NCBI RefSeq assembly: GCF_036389215.1
Contig: NZ_DASVQG010000144.1
Coordinates: 4,300-68,299, forward strand
DNA: 64,000 nucleotides
Source: Jatrophihabitans sp.
Lineage (GTDB): Bacteria > Actinomycetota > Actinomycetes > Mycobacteriales > Jatrophihabitantaceae
Direction: 5' to 3'
Part shown: one piece after another, positions 46,155 to 54,987 of the stretch
Layout of the letters: every line of letters starts with the position of its first letter
Position numbering within the stretch: position 1 is the stretch's first letter
Position numbers and translations under genes: made by a program
The notes under the pieces: model-generated
What the model saw: only the letters and a program-made list of their open reading frames with translations
What the model was told of the DNA's origin: nothing
Databases searched by the model: none

Positions 46155-46204
46155 GTCGAAGAGGATACGGGTTGGCTCAGGTCGTCGTGCCGAGTGGGTC
46201 GCCG

Positions 46205-46789
46205 TCAGCGCCGCCGGCCGCGAAACCGCCCCCGCCGCTCACCGGACAGCAGGATCAGCCGCCGCTCGGCGACGTCCTGGCTGTGGAATGCCAGCCAGAA
46301 GCACAGCGTGGCCAGCGGCAGCTCGGCGAGCACCGACATCGCGACCGCTTCGGCCAGATCCCAGCCACCGGGCGAGGTGAGCACGTCGAACCAGGCATCG
46401 GCGACCAGCAGCGCCCCGGTGGCCGCCGCGGCGATGGTCAGCCGGCGCGATCGGCGCAGCGCGCTGACCGCCGTCCACACCAGCCCGATCAGCAACCCCA
46501 CGTCATAGCCCGCCCAGGCCACGTCGTAGTTCTGCGACAGCTGGTGGGACGGCAGCGTGACCGCGGCGATCACGATCCAGGGCACCAGGACCACCGCACA
46601 GCCGAGGAACACCGGAGCGGCCCACCGGACCAGCCGGGCGTTGTCGGGCAGCACCCGGTTGCCGACCTCGTCGCTGACCGGAACCAGCTCGTCCAGCCGA
46701 TCGGCCACCCGCTCGACAGCCTGCAGAGGCGCCGGGTCACCGGAGCGCCCCGGTACGCCCGGTACCGAACTTTCCTCCGGTGATGTCAT
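46205..46789 (-). CDS. Hypothetical membrane protein
   Basis: Likely start ATG 46789; 4 TM segments, AWAGYD, DAWFDVLT. Confidence 0.75.
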   Translation of the reverse strand: MTSPEESSVPGVPGRSGDPAPLQAVERVADRLDELVPVSDEVGNRVLPDNARLVRWAAPVFLGCAVVLVPWIVIAAVTLPSHQLSQNYDVAWAGYDVGLLIGLVWTAVSALRRSRRLTIAAAATGALLVADAWFDVLTSPGGWDLAEAVAMSVLAELPLATLCFWLAFHSQDVAERRLILLSGERRGRFRGRRR

Positions 46790-46868
46790 CGAGGTGAGAC
46801 TCCTGGCAAGAACGGGGGCCTGCGGTGGAGTGAACCGTAGTACTCTTCGCCGAACTCCTGGGGGCAGA

Positions 46869-47690
46869 ATGACAGCAGGCACGAGTGCGCGACGAGTGGC
46901 CCGTAGCGACGGGTTCAAGGGTCTGGCCAAGTTGGGCTTCGCGGCCCGGGGCACCATCTACCTGCTTCTGGGCTTCTTCACCCTGCTGCTGGTGCTGGGC
47001 GAGCGTGCCCCGGAAGCGGATCAGCGGGGCGCGATGCAGGAGGTCGCCCGGCACAACGGTGGCTTCCTGCTGCTGTGGGTGATCGCGATCGGGTTCGTCG
47101 GCTATGCGCTCTGGCGCTTCTCCGAGGTGGCCTTCGGGGTGGTCGGCAAGGGCGACAAGGCCCGCGACGTCGGTCCGCGGCTGCAGTCGCTGATCCGGGG
47201 CGTGATCTATGCCGGCTTGGCCTTCAGCGCCTTCAACCTGCTGGCGCACGCTCGCAGCAAGAGCCAAGCCAGCCAGCAGCAGCTGCTGACCACCAAGGTG
47301 ATGCAACACTCCGCAGGCCGGTGGCTGGTCGGTATCGCCGGCCTCGTGGTGATCGGCGTCGGCCTGGGACTCATCTACGAGGGCGTCGCCCGAAAGTTCA
47401 AGGACCACTTCGCCTTGTCGGACATGCCGACGGCCAGCCGGCGGATCGTCTGGTTCCTCGGCACCTTCGGCATCACGGCGCGGGGCGTGGTGTTCAGCCT
47501 GGTCGGGTACTTCCTGATCCAGGCTGCTCTCGACTACGACCCGAAGAAGGCCCGAGGCCTGGACGGGGCGCTGCGCCGCACCGTCGCCGAGTCCGACACC
47601 GGCCGGCTGCTGGTCGGCGTCTGCGCGATCGGCCTGATCGCCTTCGGCCTGTACGCCTACGCCGAGGCCGCCTGGCGGCGTACCGAATGA
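46869..47690 (+). CDS. DUF1206 domain-containing membrane protein
   Basis: Three repeats: LAKLGFAARGTIY; GVIYAGLA; TARGVVFSLVG..DPKKARGLDGAL. Confidence 0.88.
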   Translation: MTAGTSARRVARSDGFKGLAKLGFAARGTIYLLLGFFTLLLVLGERAPEADQRGAMQEVARHNGGFLLLWVIAIGFVGYALWRFSEVAFGVVGKGDKARDVGPRLQSLIRGVIYAGLAFSAFNLLAHARSKSQASQQQLLTTKVMQHSAGRWLVGIAGLVVIGVGLGLIYEGVARKFKDHFALSDMPTASRRIVWFLGTFGITARGVVFSLVGYFLIQAALDYDPKKARGLDGALRRTVAESDTGRLLVGVCAIGLIAFGLYAYAEAAWRRTE

Positions 47691-48406
47691 GCCGACTGCA
47701 GCAGCAACCGGACCGGCAGCCGTCGCAGCGGCAGCCGGACCGGGGGCGGCAGCATCCTGGCTGGCTGGCCTCGGCGCTCTGGCTGCTCGCCGCGGCCGTG
47801 CTGATCTGGCTGGTGCTGGTGCTCATCGGGCACCTGCTCGGCCACCAGTGGAAGGACAGCGCCCTGGTCCGTTGGGACGCCTCGGTGGACCGGAACCTGG
47901 CCGCCCATCGCCGGGAACCATGGACCGAGATCACCCACCTGGCCACCTTCCTCGCCGAGACGATCACCGTCATCGCGGCCGGGCTGGTGGCCTTCGTGCT
48001 GCTGCGGCTGGCGCTCAAGCGCTGGCGTGAGCCGCTGTTCCTGGCGGTGTCCCTGATCGGCGAGGTGACGATCTTCGTCAGCACCACGCTGCTGGTCGAC
48101 CGGGCCCGGCCACCGGTGAAGCACCTGGACAGCGCCCCGCCTACGTCGAGCTTCCCGTCCGGGCACACGGCCGCCTCGGTAGCGCTGTACGGCGGGCTGG
48201 CGGTGATCGCCTGGCGGGTGGGAGCCGCCGCGTGGCTGCGGACGATAGCCACCGTGCTGGCGGTGCTGGTGCCGGTACTGGTAGCGGTGTCGCGGATGTA
48301 TCGGGGCATGCACTACCCCACGGACGTGATCGCCGGAGCGCTGCTGGCCTGCTGCTGGCTCGCCGTCACCAGCACCGTGATCCTGGGGCGGCGGCCAGCC
48401 TCGTGA
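47687..48406 (+). CDS. PAP2-family phosphatase
   Basis: RARP, SFPSGH, SRMYRGMHYPTDV. Confidence 0.92.
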   Translation: MSRLQQQPDRQPSQRQPDRGRQHPGWLASALWLLAAAVLIWLVLVLIGHLLGHQWKDSALVRWDASVDRNLAAHRREPWTEITHLATFLAETITVIAAGLVAFVLLRLALKRWREPLFLAVSLIGEVTIFVSTTLLVDRARPPVKHLDSAPPTSSFPSGHTAASVALYGGLAVIAWRVGAAAWLRTIATVLAVLVPVLVAVSRMYRGMHYPTDVIAGALLACCWLAVTSTVILGRRPAS

Positions 48407-49281
48407 GCGGCGTCGCCGCGGTGCTCAACCCCGCCAAGATCGAGGACCTGCCGGCGTTGAAGGCGGCCATCACCGAGCACTGCGGCGGCACCGAACCCGC
48501 CTGGTACGAGACCACCGAAGCCGATACCGGCGCCGGCCAGGCGAGCGCCGCGGTCGAGGCGGGCGCCCGGCTGGTGCTGGTCTGCGGCGGGGACGGCACG
48601 GTCGCGGCCTGCGCCGGGACGCTGGCCGGCACCGGGGTGGCGATGGCAATCGTGCCGGTGGGTACCGGCAACCTGCTGGCCCGCAACCTCGGCATACCGC
48701 TGGAGCTGCCGGAGGCACTCGACGTCGCCTTCGGCACCGCCGAGTGGGTGATCGACGTGCTGGAGGCAGCGGAGCAGCGGTTCGTGGTGATGGCCGGACT
48801 GGGTTTCGACGCCGCCCTGATCCGCGACACCGATGACGATCTCAAGGAGCGGCTCGGCTGGTTCGCCTACGTGGGCGGCCTGGCCCGGGCGCTGCGGCGC
48901 AGCCCGCATGCCCGGTTCACCATCACCATCGACGACGAGCTGCCGGTGAGCACCGAGGCGATCGGCGTGCTGGTCGGCAATGTCGGCCAGCTCGAGGCAG
49001 GCATCACGCTGATGCCCGAGGCAAGCCCCGATGACGGCGAACTCGATGTCCTGGTACTCGCTCCGCGCAGGGCGAAGGACTGGCCGGTGCTGGTCTGGCG
49101 GATCCTGCGCCGCCGTCCGGACGCCGGGCCGCAGGCCGACATCCGGCGCGGCAAGCGGGTCCGGATCTCCTCCGCCGTCGCCGTCCCGGTGGAATTCGAC
49201 GGTGACTTTCGCGGTGAGGCTACCGAGCTACGGGTCGAGGTCCTGGCCGCGGCACTCACCGTGCGATGCTTGCGGCCGTGA
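48403..49281 (+). CDS. Diacylglycerol kinase family lipid kinase
   Basis: VLNP, CGGDGTV, VPVGTGNLLARNLG, GLGFDA, EFDGD. Confidence 0.92.
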   Translation: MSGVAAVLNPAKIEDLPALKAAITEHCGGTEPAWYETTEADTGAGQASAAVEAGARLVLVCGGDGTVAACAGTLAGTGVAMAIVPVGTGNLLARNLGIPLELPEALDVAFGTAEWVIDVLEAAEQRFVVMAGLGFDAALIRDTDDDLKERLGWFAYVGGLARALRRSPHARFTITIDDELPVSTEAIGVLVGNVGQLEAGITLMPEASPDDGELDVLVLAPRRAKDWPVLVWRILRRRPDAGPQADIRRGKRVRISSAVAVPVEFDGDFRGEATELRVEVLAAALTVRCLRP

Positions 49282-50108
49282 CGGCTCGGGAGGAGAACGC
49301 GGCCGACGGCCGAGGAAAGGCCGGCGAGGCCGTGCCCCCGGGAAAGGCCGCGCCGACCGACGAGACGGCGCCGACCGACGAGCGGGAGAACGCCGGCCGT
49401 CGCCGGTTCGCCGGCCGGGCGGTGGTGGTCTTCCTGGTCGCCTTCGCCGCGGCCGTGCTGTTCCTGACGGTGCTGCTGCTGGTCACCTCGTCATCGGAGG
49501 TGCTGCTGCGGCTGGACCGCGCCACCGCCAGTGACCTGCACCGCTACGCGCTCCGCCATCCCGGGTTCACCTCGGCGATGCGAGGGCTCAGCAACTCGGG
49601 CAAGACGGTGGTCTGGTTCCTGGTGATGGCCCTGGTCGCCGGCTGGCTGCTCCGGCGCCGGCTGCGGCGGCTGGCGATCTTCGTCGTGGTGACCGTGGTG
49701 GGCAGCTCGTTGCTCAACAACGTGGTGAAGCTGGCGGTCAACCGGGCCCGGCCGCACCTGAGCGACCCGGTCGCGGTCGCGGCCGGCAAGTCCTTTCCCA
49801 GCGGGCACGCCCAGGCCGCGATCGTGGGTTACGGCGTGCTAGTGGCAGTCTTCCTGCCGATCATTAGCCGGCGCTGGCGGCCTGCGGCCATCGCCGGGGC
49901 GGCAGTGCTGGTGCTGCTGATCGGCTTCTCCCGGATCTCGCTCGGCGTGCACTACCTGTCCGACGTGATCGGGGCGTACCTGATCGGGACCGTATGGCTG
50001 ATCGGCATGATCAGCGCGTTCCGCACCTGGCGGCGCGAGGAAGGCAAGCCGGTCGCCGACCTGGACGAGGGACTGGAACCAGAACATCGCGAGCAGCTCG
50101 CGCCCTGA
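49266..50108 (+). CDS. PAP2-family phosphatase
   Basis: KLAVNRARP, SFPSGHA, SRISLGVHYLSDV. Confidence 0.92.
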   Translation: MLAAVTAREENAADGRGKAGEAVPPGKAAPTDETAPTDERENAGRRRFAGRAVVVFLVAFAAAVLFLTVLLLVTSSSEVLLRLDRATASDLHRYALRHPGFTSAMRGLSNSGKTVVWFLVMALVAGWLLRRRLRRLAIFVVVTVVGSSLLNNVVKLAVNRARPHLSDPVAVAAGKSFPSGHAQAAIVGYGVLVAVFLPIISRRWRPAAIAGAAVLVLLIGFSRISLGVHYLSDVIGAYLIGTVWLIGMISAFRTWRREEGKPVADLDEGLEPEHREQLAP

Positions 50109-50176
50109 GCCTTCGCCCTCCTCGCTACGCCCTCTCGTCGCCCTGCCTCGGCCCTGCCGGTCCGGGCTCAGTGGGC

Positions 50177-52087
50177 TCAGCCACCCGCCGGCGAATGAGC
50201 CGGGTGAGCATCGTCGGTGACGGCCAGCACGGTGCCGTGCACGATCTCGACGAAGCTGCCCTCCGGTGGCAGGTTGCCGGTGCCGACGATCGCGGCCGGC
50301 ACGCCGGCTTCGCGTAACAGGATGCCGAGGTGGCTCAGCAGCGCGCCTTCTTCGAACAGGAAGCCGTCCACCACTCCGAGCAGCATCGACAGCACGGCGA
50401 TCGGCCGGGACACCGCGATGATCACCCCGGTGCCGTCCAGGCTGAGCCGCTGGCGCAGGTGGCTCAACAGCAGCGCCTCGTTCTCGGCCGAGACCGGCTG
50501 GGCGATGCTGATGATCGGCGCGATGCTCGACTCGGTGAGGATGTCGTCGATGCTCAGCACCTGCACCCGCCCGCTGGCCACGCCGGCGCTGAGCACCCGC
50601 GCGCCGGTCACGCCGTGTCCACCCTTCGGCGCGGCGGGCCCGGTGACCGGTGCGGAGTAGTCGACGAAGAGCAGGCTGCCGTCCTCAACCACCCACTCCA
50701 GGGTGGCTCGCGGGTGGATCCGCCGGGCATGCTCGCGCGTCGTGCCCTCCAGCGCCCTGGCCTGCTCCGGCCCCAGCAGCGCGTTCAACGCCTCGCCGGT
50801 GATCGGGTGCGCGCTGCCGAAACCGCGGTTGAGGGCCAGCAAGCCCTCCTCGGACGCCTCGACGTACACCGAGCCGTCGGTGGCCACGGTCGACAGCAGC
50901 GCCGTCTCGCCCCTGATGTACTCGCGGCACAGGAACGCGAAGTCACCCTCTCCGGGCGCGGCGTCGGCCAGCCGCCGGACCGTGTCGGCCAGCTCGGCAC
51001 TGCCGATGATGTACTGGCGCTCCGTCGGGCTGGAGTCGATGACCAGGCGGCCGGGTAGCTGCTTGCTCCAGGCGGTCAGCGGCTCGACAGGCCCCGTCCG
51101 GTCCCAGTTGGCCAGCCAGCCGCCGGGCACCCGGGCGCCCTGTGAGATCGCGATCGCCCGCGCGAGCCGGCGCTTGGCGCGAATCCTGGTGTACTCACCG
51201 GCGCACTCGCCCAGGACCAGGTCGTGCAGGTCGCCTTCGTAGAGCGGGGTGATCCGCACGCCGTCGGGGGCCGGCTGCCCGGTCAGGCCCGCGGTACGGG
51301 GCCGCACCTGCACTATCCACAGCAGCCGGCCGTCCCAGGCCCACTCGACGTCGTGCCCACCGCCGCCTTCGGACAGCGCCGCCAGCGCCGTCCGCAGCTG
51401 CTGCCGCCAGCCGTCGGCGGCCGAGGACCGGCTGAGGCGCTCACCGGTCGGCACCGCCAGGCCGGCGACCAGCCCGCTCGCGTGCCCGGGGGTCCATTCG
51501 AGGTAGCAGTCCCCGGACGGCTCGCTGAAGGCGACGCCCGCGACCTGCGGGGCGATCGCCCGCTGCACCAGCACGCTCATGTGGTCCGTGGCCGGCGGCC
51601 GGCCGATCCTTCGGTACTGCGCCAGCGCCTGGCGGCTGAACCCTGATCGCCAGACCTGCTCTACGGCCCGCACCAGATCGGGCTCGTCGACGTCGACCAC
51701 GCTGTCGAAGACCCCGGCGAAGCTCAGCGATGAGCCGTCCTCGTCCGCCGAACTGCTGCGCACGACGAGAACCGGGCCCAGCCTCAGCCGGTGTGCCAGG
51801 GCATGCAGTTGCCGCACCTGGCCGGCGCTGAACCGCACCCGGTCCAGCACCGCCTCGAGCCTTGTCAGCAGCGCCTCCAGCGCGTTCCGGGGCTGGCTGG
51901 TCAGTTCGGCGAGCAGCCCGTCGAGCTCTGACCGAAGTCCGGGCTGCATGCCCTGGCAGATCCAGCTGCCGGGTATGACGAAACCGGGTGGCACCGCGAC
52001 GTGCCCGTACTCGCGGGCCAGGCCGGCGGCCTTGTTGCCGTAGCTGCCGGCCATCCGAGCTTCAGCCAGTTCGGTGAGGGCAGTCAC
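50177..52087 (-). CDS. PPDK/PEP-synthase-like phosphotransferase (ATP-grasp + phospho-His swivel domain)
   Basis: GTG start 52087 overlaps the upstream stop; GNKAAGL, VPPGFVI, VRSSSADEDG...SFAGVFDS, VLVQ, DVEWA...VQVRP, and a His domain GALLSHLGILLREAGVPA. No pyruvate/PEP-binding barrel. Confidence 0.88.
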   Translation of the reverse strand: MTALTELAEARMAGSYGNKAAGLAREYGHVAVPPGFVIPGSWICQGMQPGLRSELDGLLAELTSQPRNALEALLTRLEAVLDRVRFSAGQVRQLHALAHRLRLGPVLVVRSSSADEDGSSLSFAGVFDSVVDVDEPDLVRAVEQVWRSGFSRQALAQYRRIGRPPATDHMSVLVQRAIAPQVAGVAFSEPSGDCYLEWTPGHASGLVAGLAVPTGERLSRSSAADGWRQQLRTALAALSEGGGGHDVEWAWDGRLLWIVQVRPRTAGLTGQPAPDGVRITPLYEGDLHDLVLGECAGEYTRIRAKRRLARAIAISQGARVPGGWLANWDRTGPVEPLTAWSKQLPGRLVIDSSPTERQYIIGSAELADTVRRLADAAPGEGDFAFLCREYIRGETALLSTVATDGSVYVEASEEGLLALNRGFGSAHPITGEALNALLGPEQARALEGTTREHARRIHPRATLEWVVEDGSLLFVDYSAPVTGPAAPKGGHGVTGARVLSAGVASGRVQVLSIDDILTESSIAPIISIAQPVSAENEALLLSHLRQRLSLDGTGVIIAVSRPIAVLSMLLGVVDGFLFEEGALLSHLGILLREAGVPAAIVGTGNLPPEGSFVEIVHGTVLAVTDDAHPAHSPAGG

Positions 52088-52602
52088 CGGAAGTTCCGGA
52101 ACAGCATGGACGCCCTGGGGCCGTTGGCGTGCTGGTACTTGCCGTCGTACAGCGCGATCTCCCCGACCGTGGTCCACCACATCATCTGGCCGATCTTCAT
52201 GCCCTCGTACACGATCACGTCGTGCGTCGCGTAGAGCTGCAGCGTCCATTGCCCGATGAAGCCGATGTCACCCAGCGGCGCCGACAGGTTGATGAACAGG
52301 CCGAGCCGTGCCACCGACGAGCGCGCCGCGAACGTGGGAACGTAGTGCTCGCTTCCCATCACCTCCCGAGTCGCGGCCAGGTACAGCCTGTTCGCCTTCA
52401 GCTGCAAGCCCTCGGGCGGGATCCGGATCTCCTCGGTGAGGTTCTCGCGGCTGGCGTCCAGCAGCTCGTCGGAGTACACGATCAGGTGGTCCGACAGCGT
52501 GAAGTTGTAGCTGTTGGGGTTCACCGCGCTCTCGTCGAACGGATCGATGATGATGCGGCCGGCCTCTCGCTCGCGGGCGATCTGCAGCCCGGACAGGATC
52601 AC
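52084..52602 (-). CDS. dcd: dCTP deaminase-like protein A (dUTPase-fold); keeps RSS..R but has Gln at the catalytic Glu position
   Basis: MILSG, IDPF, NPNSYN, AARSSVARLG, GDIGFIGQWTLQL, GMKIGQ, GKYQ. Family clear, activity uncertain. Confidence 0.85.
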   Translation of the reverse strand: MILSGLQIAREREAGRIIIDPFDESAVNPNSYNFTLSDHLIVYSDELLDASRENLTEEIRIPPEGLQLKANRLYLAATREVMGSEHYVPTFAARSSVARLGLFINLSAPLGDIGFIGQWTLQLYATHDVIVYEGMKIGQMMWWTTVGEIALYDGKYQHANGPRASMLFRNFR

Positions 52603-53123
52603 GATGCGACCTCGGTGCAGAGCCGGCTCTCGGTGACCGCGACCGAGTTGGCATACCGGCCGTTGTACTGCACCACGTCACCGTTGACGCTCCAGAACGC
52701 GACCTTGCCGATGCGCATCCCGCGGTGCAGCCGGATCGGCTGGGACACCCGGATCTCCAGCGTCCATCGGACGATCGCACCGGTGTGACCCAGCGGCGCG
52801 CTCACCTGGATCCAGACGCCCAGCGCCGCGATCGACAGGTTGCCGTACAGCTCGCACGCGTAGCGGGTGCTGCCGATGATCTCCAGCGTCTCCCCGAGAT
52901 ACAGCCGGTTGGGATACAGCAGCACGCCCTCGGCGGGAATCTCGACCGGTGCTATCCGTTCCAGCGGCCGGTGGGCGTCGTAGACCTCGTCGTCACAGCT
53001 GAGCAGCCGGTGCCCCAGCCGGAAGCCGTAACTGTTCTGCTCGACCTGGTCGGCCGTGAAGGGCTCGATGGCGATGACGCCGTTGCGGCGCTGCCGCGTG
53101 ATCTCGGCACCGGTCAGCAACAT
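52599..53123 (-). CDS. dCTP deaminase-like protein B; keeps the catalytic Glu but lacks RSS..R
   Basis: Start ATG 53123; MLLTG, IEPF, QNSYGFRL, YGNLSIAALG, WTLEI, GMRIGK, GRY. Confidence 0.82.
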   Translation of the reverse strand: MLLTGAEITRQRRNGVIAIEPFTADQVEQNSYGFRLGHRLLSCDDEVYDAHRPLERIAPVEIPAEGVLLYPNRLYLGETLEIIGSTRYACELYGNLSIAALGVWIQVSAPLGHTGAIVRWTLEIRVSQPIRLHRGMRIGKVAFWSVNGDVVQYNGRYANSVAVTESRLCTEVAS

Positions 53124-53725
53124 AGGACACCGGTCAGCAACTCGGCGCAGAACTCGCGCACGTGCTCGATCCCGTCGCGATTGTTGTCGAACTCGACGTC
53201 CCAGCCGATGTTGTCCAGCTGGAAGACCTGCTCGTCGTCGACGATGCTCAGGTCGTTGCGCGCGCGCAGCCGCTGATGGCGCACCGAGCGATCGCATCGA
53301 ACACGTATGAAGTAGAAGCCCAACTCGCGCAGCCGGGGCGCGTCGACGACGTGGTCACGCAGGTCGGCATTGATGACCACCGTGCCGGCGGGAACCGCGG
53401 CCAGTGACTGTTCGAAGCGCTCGACCAGCGCGGTCGGCCGGATCCGCCTGATGTGCCTGGCCAGATCCAGCATCAGTTGCTGGTCCTGCTGGTCGCTCGG
53501 TTTCGGCTCGGCGATCTCGTGGTACAGCCGGTTCTGCAGGTCGTGCAGCAGGGCCGCGAGCCCGATCACCTGGGACCGATGGCCAGCAGCGGCAAGTGAT
53601 TCGGTCAGCACGGCCGCCGTCGTGGACTTGCCGCTGCCGGTTTCGCCCACCAGGCAGATCCGGGACCGGCGCGGCGGCGACCCGAGCCGCCCGGCAGGCG
53701 CGGGGTCGTCAGCGCAGGCTTGCAT
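53114..53725 (-). CDS. P-loop kinase, dNMP-kinase/dephospho-CoA-kinase-like
   Basis: ICLVGETGSGKST, VVINADLRD, FIRVRC, lid RHQRLRAR, DVEFDN. Confidence 0.78.
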   Translation of the reverse strand: MQACADDPAPAGRLGSPPRRSRICLVGETGSGKSTTAAVLTESLAAAGHRSQVIGLAALLHDLQNRLYHEIAEPKPSDQQDQQLMLDLARHIRRIRPTALVERFEQSLAAVPAGTVVINADLRDHVVDAPRLRELGFYFIRVRCDRSVRHQRLRARNDLSIVDDEQVFQLDNIGWDVEFDNNRDGIEHVREFCAELLTGVLCC

Positions 53726-54872
53726 ATTGATCTCGCAGGAACGTCAACTTCGACTCGTGTCGCTGGTAGTTCTCGATCCCACGCTCGTCGAAGTAGGTAC
53801 TCATCAGCACCCGCAGCCGGTCGAGGTCCTGCCGGACACTGTCGAAGGTGGCGCCCGTCAGTGCCAGGGAGTAGGCGTACTCCATCTCGCACTGCGTCAG
53901 TTCGGCGGCGGCCGGGATCCGGCGGCCCGACCGGTCAATGACGATGCTGCGGTCGTAGGTGATGGCAATGACGTTGCCGCTCTCGATGGCCTCTACGTAC
54001 ACGTCGTAGCGAACGCGCCGGAAACTTGCGTTCCACGCGGGCGTGAGGCCCAGGACGTCGCGGAGGTAGGCCTCGTAGTCTGCGACCTCGACATTGCGCT
54101 TGCGCAGTTCGACGCGCTCGTCGGTGTCCTCTGTGTAGATCTTGCGCTTCACCGTATAGCGGCCGTCGGTGGTCGGGATGAAGGAGACGTAACCCACCTC
54201 CTCAGCCGGTTCCTCGATGGCATAGACATCGTTCAGGAAGTCCCAGGCCTGGATCTCCTCCTCCCGGAACTCGACGACGAAGCCGGCCAGCCCGCCGGAT
54301 CGGGCGAGCCGGAGCGTGTCGCGGGACAGGGCGAAGACGTCCGGATGCCCGGTGAGGGTGAACTTGTGTTCCAGTTCCACGTCCGGCTTCAGCTTCACCC
54401 TGAAACACAGGTGATTCGCGATCTTGAGGAAGTGCTCGTCGATTCCGGCCAGCAGATCCGGCACGGCGGAGGCGCGCGGCGAATGCTCACCGGGAAGGCG
54501 CAGGAACTTCGCGTGGCCGCGGTAGAGGTCGACCTGCGGGTACAGCTGCATCCGCGACAGCGAGGGCAGTTCCGGCCGGAGCAGCCCGATCGGCACGTTG
54601 CGGTCGTGATCGAGGACGGCCTGCGGCGAGACGGCCGACCGGTCGGTGACGGTCCCGCCGGAATCCAGCACGAGGGCCCGCGCATCAGGCCATCCGCGAA
54701 GATCCAGCGTGTAGCTCTGGGCGCCGTCGGTGGGGGGAGCGAGCGCCGCGGCCGGGCACTCCAGCAGTGTCACCTGCCATTCGGGGGGACGCCGGACGGA
54801 GGATCGCAGATCGTGGGATCCCACCACCAGCCACGCGGCTGGGCTCAACTCGTCGAGCACGCTGTCCTTCAA
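53709..54872 (-). CDS. CYTH/triphosphate-tunnel-metalloenzyme-like protein with unknown N-terminal domain
   Basis: ELEHKF (ExExK), YTVKRK, FRRVRY, TYDR, CEMEY, ESK. The start may be GTG 54860 (GAAGGA RBS). Confidence 0.72.
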   Translation of the reverse strand: MKDSVLDELSPAAWLVVGSHDLRSSVRRPPEWQVTLLECPAAALAPPTDGAQSYTLDLRGWPDARALVLDSGGTVTDRSAVSPQAVLDHDRNVPIGLLRPELPSLSRMQLYPQVDLYRGHAKFLRLPGEHSPRASAVPDLLAGIDEHFLKIANHLCFRVKLKPDVELEHKFTLTGHPDVFALSRDTLRLARSGGLAGFVVEFREEEIQAWDFLNDVYAIEEPAEEVGYVSFIPTTDGRYTVKRKIYTEDTDERVELRKRNVEVADYEAYLRDVLGLTPAWNASFRRVRYDVYVEAIESGNVIAITYDRSIVIDRSGRRIPAAAELTQCEMEYAYSLALTGATFDSVRQDLDRLRVLMSTYFDERGIENYQRHESKLTFLRDQYASLR

Positions 54873-54954
54873 TCACTCGGACCCGAAAGTCCACATCACT
54901 CGGACCCGAGGTCGTACGGCAGAAAGTTGCCAGAAAATATCACAACCTATGTGA
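54872..54954. promoter_or_regulatory. Direct repeat pair and palindrome upstream of the nucleotide-enzyme operon
   Basis: ATCACTCGGACCCGA at 54872-54886 and 54895-54909; TCACA-N5-TGTGA at 54940-54954. Confidence 0.5.
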
Positions 54955-54987
54955 AAGATGGACTTTTTCCTAGCCCTCTTCCAGGCC

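Noticed and set aside
46067-46380. C-terminal part of the 45433-46380 ORF
   Set aside because: It reads through the tRNA antisense and the next gene; only 45403-46066 resembles an integrase.
52084-53725. Assigning the kinase + deaminase genes to the known AvcID/dCTP-deaminase anti-phage system
   Set aside because: Those systems use a Zn-dependent (HxE/PCxxC) deaminase. The proteins here are dUTPase-fold and lack those motifs.
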